A DNA stretch of 57,836 nt, filler included, from Platydemus manokwari (Eukaryota), in the NCBI GenBank assembly GCA_037951405.1. It is 6 parts of 6 records of this genome, joined end to end, with 100 filler letters (N's around TTAATTAATTAA, not from the genome) between each part and the next. Parts side by side here need not be neighbours in the genome. Positions count along the whole stretch, not along the records: positions 38,521 to 47,508 come from JBBMOY011318649.1; positions 47,609 to 57,836 come from JBBMOY011156216.1; 4 more parts are not named here. The stretch is one strand, 5' to 3'. The notes beneath the pieces were generated by a model that saw nothing but the letters and a program-made list of their open reading frames with translations, was not told where the DNA came from and ran no database searches. Of this stretch, positions 38,613 to 52,329 are shown one piece after another. Every line of letters begins with the position of its first letter. Within the stretch, counting starts at the first letter, position 1. Position numbers and translations under genes: made by a program.

Positions 38613-41131
38613 TGTATTAACTATTATGTCGTCCATTTAATTTAAAATAACTAATCCGTCGGTTTATTATTCATTCATTGGTGTATTTGAACTATTTGTC
38701 ATTCAGTTGAAATGTTAGCCGTTACGATTGCATTCAATAGGAATTGAAAACGCTCCAAGAAGTTCACCACATAAACCATATTTGATCAAAATATCCAAAC
38801 AAATTAAATCCATCACTTATATTATTTAATATCAATATATTGTCGATTTTAAATGATTATTTAAATATATTTGGATTTTAAATTCCTCACTCGTCATTTC
38901 TTTAAAATCTTTGATTTTTGTTCACATTTCTAGTTATTTAATTCTCTAATGATTTTCAATATTCTCTAACTGTAATTCTCCATCTATTCTATATGATAAA
39001 TTCTATAAATATTTATTCTTCTATGACTTCTATTCTATATAGCTATAGATTTCAGAAATTCGTGGAAAATCGTTGAAATCAAACACCAAGAGTGCAACAG
39101 ATAATAATATTGATAAAAATGAATGAGATTTAAGTGACGTATTGAAATTTATCATCTCTGACATTGAGAAAAATATCTTTACTTGTTTCATGATAACTTT
39201 GGTTCAAAATATCCGTTACAACTGATTTCATAATTCGTTACATCAAAAAGATCTGAGAATGATTTTATAAATTACAAGAACGATATGATATTTATGTCGT
39301 TTTTCACTTATACATTATCATCTATATATCAATACGATGTGTTTCACATTCATACTTCTATTTTTATTATTGAATATATCGATCGTGACATATATATGTG
39401 TGCATGTGTGTGTGTGGTGATTGAGTCAATTACTCAATTCCTATTGGTTATTTTGAAAAAGAAGAGGTTTTTAACTCTGCGGTCTGATATAGATTAATAA
39501 TCACATGATGTCCAATCAATTATCCCATCAGTTAATTAAATATATTGATATTTTTATCCACATAATGACTTTCATATTCAAAACTATAAAATGATGGCTT
39601 TAAAACTCAACGATCTAAGATTAATATTGATGAGTTTATTTCTCAGGGCACATCTAAAAAAATATTCAAAGAAATGAACATAGTTTTTTGCTATTTATTT
39701 TAAAAGCTCTATTAAATGATATCATAATGATAATCATCATTGATTATTGTCAGAATCGAGTCATATATAAATGATAATTCGGCTACCTTCTGAAATTTTC
39801 TCATCGCCATATATCGTTATGATTGAATCCGTTCAGTTTTGGGATTTTTTTCCCACTCACTGAACAGAGGCGAATCGATAAATTAATTTAATATTCTTCT
39901 AATAGCGAAGGAAATCCAAATCCAATTATGAATATACTTAATTCATCTAATGTAATACGAATATTTACCGCATCAATTGATTTATTCAATGAACCTCAAT
40001 TTCATAGCCAATTTATATTGAATAACAATATTAAAAAACAAAGAAAGATCTCCGAGACATCTTCTTTCGATAGATATGTTGGACAGTTTTGATTTTAGGT
40101 TCGTATAATTTAAAGATTATTTTTTTGTTTGACCCAGGAAACAATAAAAAAAATATTGTCTCATTCCTCACAAATTCCTTTAACTGAATGCGCGGTAATC
40201 TAGTCTTCTATTGTGCTAGATTTTGATGGCTTAACCTTTATAAAACCTTGAATTACTCTTGTGGGTCTGCAATCTAATAATAATATCATTGCTATATATT
40301 GTCGGAAGTGATTTCAGTCACTTTTTGTGTCGGTTTTGATATTCTTTCTTTTTTGTAGTCTTGAAAACAAAACCAACTTTTTTGGACTTGAGCATGATTT
40401 TTAAGGATTTCAAGGATTCCATCATTCACTAAACTTTCTCGTCTTTTACTTTACTTTTTTTTGAATTTATGTGGTTAGAGAATTGACATTTTATGAATTT
40501 AAAAATAAATCTAGATCGATGTGTTCTTCAACGATATTTATTTCGTAAATGATGTGTTATTACAATAACTAAAATGGCCATGAAAATAAGTTCTTTTGTT
40601 ATGTGTTCAGTTACTAATAATGTTGTTGAAATGTCTCAGACCAAACTCACAAGAGAAATAATATGCACTAAAGCTAATATTACTATGGTGATCAAAATCA
40701 CTTCTAATTAAGGTTTCCATAGTTCATCTTTTTTTTTATTTTTCAGTGGTTATTTCGGGATTGAGTTACGTTGTAAAGTTTTTAAGCTTTTTAATAGACA
40801 CACACAGACATACACCAAATTCACTACAAACATACATCGCTGAACTCTGATCTGATTACGTCATCAGCGAGCTTCAAAAAAATAACAAAAGCATTTAGAA
40901 AAATATTTATAAATATTTTTATTCGAAAAATTCCTCAAAAACGATTAGAAAATTTCATCGAATTGCATTCAAGATAAATGTCAGATAATCCACTGAATTT
41001 CCTCACTGATTTCAAGCTATTGAAATTCAGTTCAGATTGCACCCGCAGTCGAAATTATATTCGAAATTTATACCTTTTTAAATCACTTTATTATTCTAAA
41101 TTTTCGTTACTTAAAAATGGCTTTTTTTCAG

Positions 41132-44100
41132 CATATATGCCTGTGCCAATGATGGAATCCGATTTCTTCGACAACGCCCCAAGATCTGATTTATCCTATT
41201 TTAGAGGCCCTAACAATTCACTGGAATATGCTTCTCCTGGATATGGTTTTCCTTCTAATGCCCAGGCAGATTTCAGATCCACGGCAAGTGTCCCATCTTT
41301 CCGCTCACTTCGTCAGCCTTCTCGTCCTAAAGAACAGCAATCTGAAACAATACCACAGTCACGATTAGATCCCAATGAATTCAGAAAAATCCAAACAGAA
41401 CAATGGCCGCCGGTATTAGCTTCATCAGGCCACTCTCAACGATCGAAATCTTCTGCTGGCTACGTTAGTGGTATGCTGGTCATCCACGTCGTGGCTGGAA
41501 TAGGACTAAATTCTTCACAAACAGTTGTTAGAGATCTTTATTGCGTTCTAGAAATTGATTCGGTGCGTAGAGCTCGTTCCATGATACGGACGAGTACGGA
41601 GATTTTTGAGTGGGATGAAATTTTTGAACTTGATGTAGAAGACAATGATTGGCTAGCATTTCTCTTCTACCAATGGGATCCAAGAAATCGTCACAGACTT
41701 TGTTTCTATGGAAATATCGCTCTTAGACAATTAATAGAACGATTTAGACATTCTTATACGAACTCTGAAAAACTTGCACTTTACCTGGAACCTAAAGGTG
41801 TATTGTTCATTGAACTCCTCTACTTAAAGATAAGTGAAGTCTTTCAAAGATTTAAAATGCCGATAAATAGCGATGCACTTTTCGGTGTGCCATTAGAAGT
41901 GCTTGTATCTCGTGATTTAAATAGACAAGGTGAATCCAATGGTCAAGAATGCCGAGTTCCGATAATTGTTCGCCGGTGTACTGAGGAAGTGGAAAAACGT
42001 GGATTAGATGTCGTGAGCATTTATAGGTTAAGTGGTGCTGTTAAGCTGAAAATACGAATTAGAGAAATGCTTGAACAAGACGTTGTAACTGCAGATTTGT
42101 CTGCCGATACGGTTCCCGATATTCATGCGATCACAGGTATGTTGGTGTTGTGATAAATTTATTCATCTTACTTCCCAATGACCCTTTTCGTTATACTAAT
42201 AATTTAACAATCTCTTCAACGAAATTTCTCGATGTTCAACAATTGAAAAGGAATTTCATAATTTTCAAACTAGATTTTTTTTACTAAGCTAAGAAATGAA
42301 ACCTGATCTGTAAATATCACTTTGTACTACATCATCACTTCGTGATTATTCGAATCGTACTCACCCACAATGAACTCGACGAAAACTTGATATTTATTTT
42401 ACAGGAAAGATAAATTGAAAGCTAATATTCATATCGAAAATATATGAGGAACAGTTTATTTCTCTATACTGATTTGAGTAGTCGAATTATGAGATTGTAT
42501 TGAATTGTGAATAGCTTGATTTGATGTTGTCCTTAAAATTATTACGAGAAATTATCGTTTTTTTGTTTCACTGTATCGGAATGGATAATCAATCCCAAAT
42601 CAATAATAGTAACATTTAAAGCTTATATCTGCTAATTGGAATAAAGATTAATGTTGTCGATAATGTTGGTAAGTTTACAAGTATAATTATTCGAAGATAT
42701 GGCTATGACGAGGACATTGGATTTCAGCTAAACCATATCTCGAGATAAATTTAAGATTCTCTAATTATAGATTTTTAATAAAAGTCATGTCTGCTAATAA
42801 GATAACCTTTTCATAATTTAAAAATCATTACGATAAGAACCAAAATCATTTTCATACGAAGTTTATGGCTCAACGCGGTGTCATTATTTGAGTGGAGATT
42901 AGGTACAAAGTGTTTCCGTGCCCTATTTCTTGAGAACAACTGTCACGCTTGAATGTACATCTAGATGTTATGGAAAGCTGGTATGTGTTCATGAAAAATG
43001 GAAGTTTGGTGTATTTGTAACGGCAAGGTCTACAACGATTGAAAGTACAACTTTCCAATTCTTTGGATCATTCGTCGAAGAAATCTTTTGGATTTGTCTT
43101 GGAAATAATCTTATTTAGCGCATACGATTTTTTTCTTCGGGGTCATGTAAATTAAGTGATCTATTAGAGTCATCCTCAGACTATGTGACGCACATCATGA
43201 CATTGATAAAGGACTGAGTCCACAGAAATGTTCAAGAGCTAATTAGTTTTTATTCGACTATAATTAGAAGAATTTATCAAGCTTTTAACCTTATTTTTTG
43301 CTTTTCAAAAACAGAATTTCCTGCAAATATGGGACATAGATGCAGATTCTTATAAAACTCTTGAGATAAAACATATTATCACTTCATTTTTCCTAGCTGC
43401 TGTGAATACTGCGTGAATATTGTAGAATATCTGAAGTGCAGGAGTTTAAAACACATCAATTTACATATAATACAAGATGGTTCGACCATAAACAGAGGAA
43501 ACTCATTAATTCTTTGTCTCATTCTATAGATTTATACAAGTAGCTCGTTCCACTAGATTTTAAAACGTATTCTAAACAAACCACAATGATAAATGTTATT
43601 TCAAGAACGATAGTGTTCGATAAGTAATTCCCTAATTTCCGCAACAAATAAGAATTCCACAGTTTTATGAAACCATGTAAAAGTCAAGCCCATATTCATC
43701 ATTCTGATAATGGGATATTATTGCTACAATCAAGATAAATATTATCTTTAATTTCTCAATATTTTGTAGAAATAATAATAATTTCAAAAATAAAGACTCA
43801 CTTGTAGAATGGTAAACGATAATTCATTATCACGGCCCATTGAAAAAATCGTTAAATAAATGAAAATATAAATTCTTCGTGGATTAAAAAGAGATAAACT
43901 TGAAAAATATTAATGGAAGGAAGGCAAATATCTTGACAAATACTTGTTAATGTAGTTGAAATAAATAAATCCTAACCTTAGTGAATATTAACTGTTTTGA
44001 GCTATTTTTAGACAGATATATTTCATGTGGTCCACATATTAGGCTTGAACTAAACTAACGGATCTTCGTTTTCCATTTGCTTAATTTATTCGTGGATCGA

Positions 44101-45885
44101 TTTACTTGAGATTTACCTTGCATTTCTCATGCCAATAGTAGATATTTGAGCTTGCTTTCGTTTTTAGTATCGTGCTTGTCGATTTTTAACTTCTAAATAT
44201 GGATTAACATTAGAACGGATTTGGCTGGTTAACGTTATGCGTGCTTATCGGGTTGGTGCGTATTGACCCTTTTTGGGGTTTTTTCCTTGGTGCTTGTAAC
44301 CCTTTTGATTGATTTGTGGTGTACCCAACAATATCACATTTATTATTGATATTATTATTTTATTCATAATTATCATCATAACTTTTGCAATATATATATC
44401 AGTTATCATCAATAAAAAAACCTAAATTTTATTCAATATAAATATATATTTCTTCAAGATGCGGTGGCAAATATCCTCACATCAATTTACAGTATGTACA
44501 TTTTCGGTTCGTCCAATAAATATTCTTGCCGAGATTCTTTAGATTAGTTAAATTATCAGATTGTGATCGTTGCAGATGTCAGGTATGCCTGTCTGGTGAA
44601 TAACAAAATCATAATCCGAACCTCATCTGAAATGTAAAACTCCAAATACTGATGAGGTAGAATTCGACAAAAACAAAACACACGAAGCAATATAAACACA
44701 AATCAATCAGGACCCACCCTTAATTCTTAATTATCAGTCTAAATTTGGGAGATTTTAATTACCGAAATATGTTTCTGGGATTTTGTGAAAAAGATTCCTA
44801 ATCTGTCCATGTATTTCCAACGATTAATAAATTAGACTGCGCTAAAGATGAATATTAGCCAAACGTTTCATTATGAACGGCGAAATAGTATTATCAGTTC
44901 GCATTGGGAATTTTAATTGCAGATTAATCTTTCGCAGAATAAAAATTTAGAGACAACTTAAAAAAAATATCCTCAGATAAATCTTGAATGGAAAAAATTT
45001 CATATTTTCAAAGGTTATATTTTTTTGATTTGAAAAATTATTTTTCAGAAATATTAAACGGAATTTTATTATTTTAAAAATGGATGAAATATTAAATCGT
45101 ATATTGATTGATTTATTTATTATTTATTGAATTTCTATTTTAATACTTGATAAATATAACATGCGTTATTGATTATTATAAATAATAATATTTAATAATA
45201 TTTATTATTATCGATTTATTGTTTTTTTTCAATTTATTAATTAATTTATTTATAATAATCAATAGACCCACCAAATGACAGTTCATATCGATTGATTTAA
45301 CAATTTCGATATCACATTCAATATTATGATAATTGTTTTAATGTAGTGTGATTCAATTTAAACAAATAACCCTTAAATTATTGCGTCACCAAAAATAGTA
45401 AAGTTATGAGAAAAGTAGAGTCTTGGAACACACTTATATTCACTAATGGATAACTTGAAACTTATACATGTTCGGATGATTTTGGTATGTCATTTAGCTG
45501 ATTTAAACAAAGTTTTCGATAGACTTATCGTAAGTAATTAAAACGTGAAAAATGAGAAAAGAAAATTTTAATTAATGTAATGCATTGGTTATTATAAAAA
45601 ATCGGAGTTTTATTGAAGAGATGTTTATTATTTTATAATCGATATTATGTGGGTGGAGAGAACAGGGGGAACAAGATAAATATTTTGGTTATTAATATTG
45701 ATGGTTAAAATGGAATACTTTTAGCTGTGCTGAGAGATTTTTTGCGAGAATTGCCGGAGCCGCTTTTCACGAATGCTCTTTACCGAATGATTCTAGATGC
45801 TCTGCAAGTTAGTTTGCCTGGTGATAACTATGCTGGAGCTAAATTGATGCTGAATATTCTAGACTGTTTACCGATCGTTAATCAA
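41132..45885 (+). CDS. C2 + RhoGAP protein of the RhoGAP100F/SYD-1/SYDE family, two internal exons (partial at both ends)
   Basis: Exons 41132-42136 and 45725-45885 join in frame. C2 domain: VSGML.IHV.AG.GL...RDLYCVLEIDSV.RARS.IRT....FEWDE.FELD, LEPKG. RhoGAP: LFGVPLE, VPIIVRRC.EEVEKRGLD..SIYRLSG (Arg finger intact), VPDIHAIT|AVLRDFLRELPEPLFT...AKLMLNILDCLP. Confidence 0.92.
43320..43980 (+). mobile_element. Decayed retroviral-type DDE integrase (Ginger/Polinton/Gypsy-like) in the RhoGAP intron
   Basis: Fragments in integrase order: MGHR...CCEYC (HHCC-like), ILCLI...YTS, HIHHSDNG (core IHSDNG motif). Many stops and frameshifts. Confidence 0.45.
44060..44330 (-). mobile_element. Dispersed LTR-like repeat (family B), related to 32626-33002
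   Basis: See 32626-33002. Begins TGTTGGGTACACCACAAATCAATCAAAAGGG on the minus strand. Confidence 0.75.
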
Positions 45886-45944
45886 GTATGTATCAGCCTT
45901 AATAATTTTACAGCTATTATTGTTATTTTTTATCATGCTTTATA

Positions 45945-46018
45945 TTATTTATTATTATTATTCCTATAATGATGATAATAATTTTTATTATTATTTTCAC
46001 TACGGCTATCACTATTAC

Positions 46019-46065
<47 letters not shown>

Positions 46066-46096
46066 TTATTATTATTTTTATTATTATTATTATTAT
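45945..46096. repeat. (TAT)n microsatellite
   Basis: Long TAT run in an intron; source of the spurious poly-Tyr ORF. Confidence 0.95.
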
Positions 46097-47435
46097 AAAA
46101 TATTATTTAATATTATTTATTAGAATGTGTATTAATTATTTTTGTTAAAATTTTCATATTAAAATATCTTTGTTATTAAAATATTATTCTTTATAAGAAA
46201 TTATATGAAAGTTACTTGACAACTAATGATTTCTGTTTCATCATGGAATTAAGTTCATTTTATTCATGGAAAAATTCATTCAGGCTTAATTAGGATTATT
46301 AAAATGTGTGAGTAGCTCTTCGAATCGATAATTATAATGAATATTACTTGATGTTGTAAATCTATAATTTCCAAGATCTCATTAGCTTTCGGCAGAAGAT
46401 TAAATAGATGCAGAGAATTTAACGGATTCCAATTTCCATCATTTTAGCATTGATTAAACTCCATCTGAAATTTACTTGTTGAGCTAATTTATGAAATATT
46501 TCGTTGTATATCTTTTATTGTTAATAATGATAATTGTTATCACCAACGATATCATCTTGATGGATGTCATTGTTCGATCATTTTATGATTTCATTCTTAG
46601 CTGTTGGAAATGTTAGCTGCTTCTATTTCAGAATCCACACATTAAAAACGAACTGAAAAGTCAAGGCACAAAAAATCTATTTCAATACAAATATTGAAAC
46701 AAATAAATTTAATTTTATATAAATATGATGTTTTATAAAATTAGAATTACATCTGAATAAAATTTGAATAAAATGTGAATTAAGAATTGTTTTGAATTAA
46801 ATCTGAATTTAAAATTTAATTCATATAAAATATCTCATGGAAATATGCTCAATTAAACCGATAATAATTAAAGTCGAAATAAAGTCTTGATGATCGTTCT
46901 TATTCCTGCATCAAGCAATTGAAATGAAAATTAACTTTCAATTATTTATTGAACGAAATTTTACTGCTGATTTGGTTTGTTCTGGGCTTCAAATGATGAT
47001 GTCTTAACTTTGTTTCATTTGATATCTGGCGGGTGAAAATTATTAATTTTATCAATCAGAGAATAAACTATTTAAAACATATTTATATCTTTATAATTAT
47101 TTATTTTAATAATTTTAAATTTATAAAATTTTATTAAATTTAAAATTATTCTGACCAGGAGACAGTATTGAAGTCTCTGTAAAAATGTTATTTATAATGT
47201 TTAAATTTTTTCTATATTTTAAAATGTCTGTTTATTATGGATATCATGAATGATACAATTACCGCCAACAAGGTTATCGCAAATGAGTAATTAACTTTTT
47301 CTTTGATTTCAAAATACTTCATATGATAACTGTGAGTTACTATCACTTTATGTGGCACTCATTTAAAACGAATTGGAAAGTCACGACACTAAATTATATA
47401 TTATATTATATAAACAAATTAATATAATTCTATGT

Positions 47436-47466
47436 TATTGGGTCTATAACTTAATAACCGGAATTT
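47436..47466 (+). mobile_element. Tc1/mariner-like TIR at contig end
   Basis: TATTGGGTCTATAACTTAATAACCGGAATTT, 30/31 identical to 18792-18822. Confidence 0.6.
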
Positions 47467-47508
47467 GACACCAGATGTAAACACTTGTGTGTGTGCTGTA
47501 GCAAATCA

Positions 47509-47608
47509 NNNNNNNNNNNNNNNNNNNNNNNNNNNNNNNNNNNNNNNNNNNNTTAATTAATTAANNNNNNNNNNNNNNNNNNNNNNNNNNNNNNNNNNNN
47601 NNNNNNNN
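47509..47608. other. Artificial contig linker
   Basis: 44 N + TTAATTAATTAA + 44 N. Confidence 0.98.
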
Positions 47609-47749
47609 TTGTTGTTGTTCGATTTTGAGGATGAATTCGATTGTTGTTAATTTGTGATTGATCATTGATTATGGGGTTTGAATATTTTTTTGTGTTGTAC
47701 AATTTTATTAGATAAGAGAATTATGTTTTATTTATTAATCCAGTTTTGG

Positions 47750-49150
47750 GTCAATAATACATTACATAATGTCTTAGGTTTCATAATAATGTCATTACGT
47801 CTCATTATTGTAAAGAAACTGAATACATTAAATTTAAACAATACTCTAATCAATGTTATTAGATATCGGTAATGTCATCACTAAACATCACAAATTACAT
47901 AAACAATAACAATTATGTCAAACAGAATGCGTATTGCCAAACATCACTACTATTTGAACAAACCATGATCAAATATTGATGATGATCTACAATTATAAAT
48001 AAACATGCTAATGTAGTTATTGAGCAAGCAATCACAAGAAATCGTGTGACCAAATAAGGAATCAATTTCTAATCCAATGATTTCATTTCGAAGCAATTAT
48101 AGAAATATTGTTTCATAATTTAAGTTCAGTCACAGTAGTAAATAATAAATAAAAGAATGCTATATCAAACTACAGATTACCATAGAAACGTGCACGACAC
48201 ATCAGCAAAAAGAAAATAAATACAACCGAAAATAGTAATTAGAACAAGCTAATCACAGTAAATATTGGAAAACAAAGTATTTAAACATGTGGTCTGCTGT
48301 AGGAAATTTCACAAAAAATAAACTCAAGGAAAGAGGAAAGGCTCGTTTAATTAAGATATAGTCCGGAAAATTAATTACGATAAACTCAGAAATTTGGAAT
48401 CTTCTACAAGGCCTAAGTTTTATTGATTAATATGTGATAAAATAATTATTTTTCACTTATTAACCCCGTCAAAGTTCTCAGGAAATATTTGATATCTTTC
48501 TAACTTATTACTTCTCAAACCTATTTTTCCTCCAAAGTTAGGTGGCATTAATTTCCAACATTGGTTACTCTAAAACAGCTTTACACAATACTTATTACGT
48601 CACATAATTATAATTAAAATTTCTTGTAATTGCACTCATCATAATAAATCTCATTGATTTCAATTTACTGTTGCATAAGCATTTCTAAATTTATTTGATT
48701 AATGCAGTCAACTAACGCTTCGTTACTACTGGGAGTGTCGGATGTTGGTGGAATTCATTAATCCATACCTCAGCATAACAGAAATTGTAAGTTCATAGAC
48801 ATCATCTTATTCAAATTCTGCACTCTTAATTTTACCTGTTTCATTAAAATGAAAGCACTGAAATATCTACATGTCAAAACAAATGGGCTTAAGCACAACT
48901 AATTAGAATTTTAATTAATTCATACTTATATATTGCCATTGATGTCGAAGTCATGACAAACAGATCTGAGAGGAATTATGATTAAAACCCAGAAGTAACT
49001 GTTTCAAAATGTAACAAGCACAAGCAAATAGCCAATCAGATACCTCTAAATTGACTTTCATTGGTGCACACAAACAGAAAAGAACATGCACTATCGTTAA
49101 CGGTGAGAAATGAAAGTATTAATCATCGTACTGTTTGAATAGATCACAAA
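47750..49150 (+). mobile_element. Very decayed RLE-type (R2-superfamily) non-LTR retrotransposon
   Basis: Frame-hopping fragments in the expected order: YVKQN...SLLFEQTM, DDDLQL, KYLN, LRYSP/KLRNLESSTRPKF, KVLRKYL, FPPKLGGI, ANQIP...RTC...ESINH. Confidence 0.45.
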
Positions 49151-49467
49151 ATAGGAATTCATTCACGAGACAAATGGCCCACACAACATGTTCATTTAGA
49201 GAGAATACCATTGGCAATAATAACCATTCTTTCATAATCGATAATCATGATGATACTGAGTCCACTTGTGATCTGATTTATGTTACTCTCATTCTCATGC
49301 TCGATTACATTTAATAATAAAATCTAACAAATATAAACACTCTTCATATGAAAACAATATAAATAATAAATCAATAATAAGAATTCAAAAACAATCTTGT
49401 AATAAAGATAATAATAATAAAAGACAAGATAAAAGAAAATAATCAATAAATTGTAAAGGCATTGGTG

Positions 49468-51817
49468 TTATTTATCGAAAAATGAAGTGATCAATTTCTG
49501 ATTAATTTCCGGCTTTCTTGCACTTTTCCGATTTGGTTTCGCTGGAGCCTTCTTTGTCTTATTTTCAACCACTTTTTTCTGTTGACTCGTCATTGATCGT
49601 CGTGTTGTCCTGACTGGAGAATTTGATTTGATTGGCGAATCCGGTTTGACATCTCTATGGTGATTAATAAAAATAACCAATCAATTCAAAGGATAAAAAT
49701 ACATTGTTTTGTCTGTGAACGATGTGTTGAGAACATTTGTGATATCATTGAACAGCTCATTATCAATGGATGCATCATTAAAATCTGGTGCCATTATTTG
49801 TGGTGCAGGCAGATTGTGAGAAAATTTCTGAACAACATTTGGTGGAGTCATATCGGATCTCATCCAATCGAGATTCGATTGAAATTTTCCATGAAGTGGC
49901 CAGGCCGGCTAGAGAAATGATTTAAATATGTATTGCGATAAACAATATTCACCAATGAATCCGATTCTCTTTCGTCTAAATCGAGATCTGGTTTGTTACT
50001 TGAAACGAGTTTTGATGGAAAAGGTGAATCGCAAGTATCGGGTGACATGTACAACAAAGAAATATTCTTACTGCAACCGCCTAAACTACTTTAAAATTAA
50101 TTATTAAATAGTCGTGAAAACCTTTTGGAGTTTTTAGTAATGCTGGACTTCCCAATTTAAATAGAGCTTGATTATCACAATAATCAGCTGGACGTATGGA
50201 ATAATCGGCAATCAAATATCTGATAATGTCCACAATTTGTTTGATGGGTGATGAGTTTCTATCACAAACCTATACAAATAATATTCCATAATTATCCAAA
50301 ACATTTTGGTTATAACATTATTTCATATATGCCAGGGATCATAGAATAAGCTGTTTCTGTATCTGTATCTTTAATATTGCTGCAGTTATAATAACATTTA
50401 TTGATAAATTTAAACAAATCAATAATACAAATCAACTTTGGCAAATCTAGTTAAATTTTTGATTTGATGGATTTTAATACCTTTAAATTACTTTAGATTG
50501 TTAGTAGTATGAAATTTTTGAAGATTTTTAATGTAATAGTAAATTATAGTTAATTAATAATTTCATTTAACTTTATTTTAATGAAGTAATTTTAATCATT
50601 TTATAAAATGGTTGTCATTTTTGAAAATAGAAAAAAGTACTTTGATGAAACTATTGGAAATTATTCTTTGAAGGTTACTGATGATTTTTTCCTTTAAAAA
50701 TCCAACGTGATTCTTTTTGAAAATCGAACTTCTGTCGTGTTTTATTGCCGACTGGATGGCGTTCAACATATTCCTAATGATTACCATTTGGTCTGGATTC
50801 TGAAATGCATCCTCCATTTTTGATTGGAGCTTATTTATCAAATCCACCAGATCCGATAATCCGTAAACATATTTTTGCAAATTGCAATCTGAAGGCGGAG
50901 CATAACTTTTCCCACCGAGCTTCAGCCTCGTAACATATGAAATGGCGACCTAACAATGTGATAATTAATCATAACATTGATTCTATCATCATCAATAACT
51001 GACTTGAGCCATCGACAATTGCTTTTGATCGGATTGGTGTCGAAGATTTGTGAAGGCATGATGATTCAGTTTGCGTTCGGGAACGTTGAAAATATGAGAA
51101 AATCGCAATTGATCACGAACATTCACAACAACAGCGAGATAACCAAGATAAACCTTAGTGATCTCATTGTCAGAAAAGACTTCCTAAATATTAGAAATGA
51201 CATATTACATTAATGTACAAACATACATCATTGATTGTAATGGCACTTAATACGGTTTGAAAATCAGTTTTTGACAATTTCTGATCGTCATTTGTCTTAT
51301 CTATGATATTTACGTAATCACTTTCCATCAAGAACTGAATGAAGAGTTTCTAAAATCATTAATTGAAACCATAATTTATATCAAGTTATAATCAAACCTC
51401 AAATGATGAACAACTGTATGAATTTAATACAAAAACTGAATCGATAAAGATCTGGTTCTTTAATGATTCATTTGATTCGATTTTTGCAATAATCCGTTTC
51501 AAAATGCCTTCAAAGTTGATGATATTGCATTTGGCTAGAAACCTGTCTTCATTGTCTGTTGTGTTTTCCTTTATATTTCATCGAATAAATAATTGATTAT
51601 TTTACATTTATAACTTTACTTGGAAATTTTTCAAAATAATATAATTCATTGAATCCGAATAAAATGATGGAATGATTGTTTCTGTCTCATTATTTTCTAA
51701 ATTGAATTCTCTATACAAGTAAAAGATGTATTCGTAGATGTTTTGGGGATAAATATCATATGTTTCTAATAATTGACAAGGGTCGCCTGATCGTGATAAA
51801 GGGACACAAAACTTCAT
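49468..51817 (-). CDS. PARPBP: PCNA-interacting partner PARI (PARP1-binding protein), complete, 9 exons, ~549 aa
   Basis: Exons 51817-51620, 51568-51398, 51349-51227, 51183-51004, 50949-50641, 50269-50122, 50080-49953, 49908-49703, 49654-49468 splice in frame (1650 nt). PARI core: YL..VVNVRDQL..SHIFNVPERKLNHHAFTNLRH....QLSM|VAISYV..LKLGGKSYAP.....L.KYV.GL.DLVD.I.KL. Canonical C-terminal PIP box QKLITSFF. Confidence 0.88.
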
Positions 51818-52329
51818 TCGTAATAAATAAAAATAAGCTTTATTTTAACTAATTTTCTGGATATTACGCTTTAATAACCTTGCATTCAAAATTATAAAAA
51901 ATAAAATTTTATTACTTTAATAATTATTTAAATATTAAATCGAAATTTGATTTATAAATGTTTAATTTTCAAAGGTTCAAACAATTTATAATTTAAAAAA
52001 TGTTTAATAAATTAGATTTTTATAATTTTATTAATTTTCATAATTAAATTATTTAATTAATTATTAAATATTTCAGTTTAAACAATGACTAACTTAAAGT
52101 CCTTATAAAATTTAATTTTATTGGAAATTTAGTGACACGATTTTCTAATGTTGTCCTGCAGAAAAATAATTCACTCAATATTCAAATAACTGATAAGAGG
52201 CATAACATTCAATAGAGGAATCATCAAATCAAGCTTCCATTACATATAAGGCACCAAAGAAAAATAGTGAGCTCCTGAATATCTCAAATTAAAAACAAGA
52301 CACTGGTTTCGTCTACAAACAAACTACTC

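Noticed and set aside
40978-41131. N-terminal extension of the 391-aa RhoGAP ORF
   Set aside because: Looks intronic; it ends in a strong TTTTTTTCAG acceptor at 41131.
44649-44680. CTGATGAG...-containing sequence resembling a hammerhead core
   Set aside because: No GAAA box (AAAA instead), stem II is mismatched, and no helix I/III partner is present.
45920-46123. Poly-Tyr ORF (and poly-Ile ORF 14341-14547)
   Set aside because: Translations of (TAT)n/(ATT)n low-complexity DNA; the latter is antisense to the pPolB remnant.
50317-50446. ~43-codon open stretch in PARPBP intron 5 as an extra exon
   Set aside because: Its phase is incompatible with the best flanking donor, and the gene splices in frame without it.
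52188-52198. 11-nt match to U2 snRNA (TCTTATCAGTT, minus strand) near the RLE element, suggesting a Utopia target
   Set aside because: Too short, and on the wrong side and strand for a target junction.
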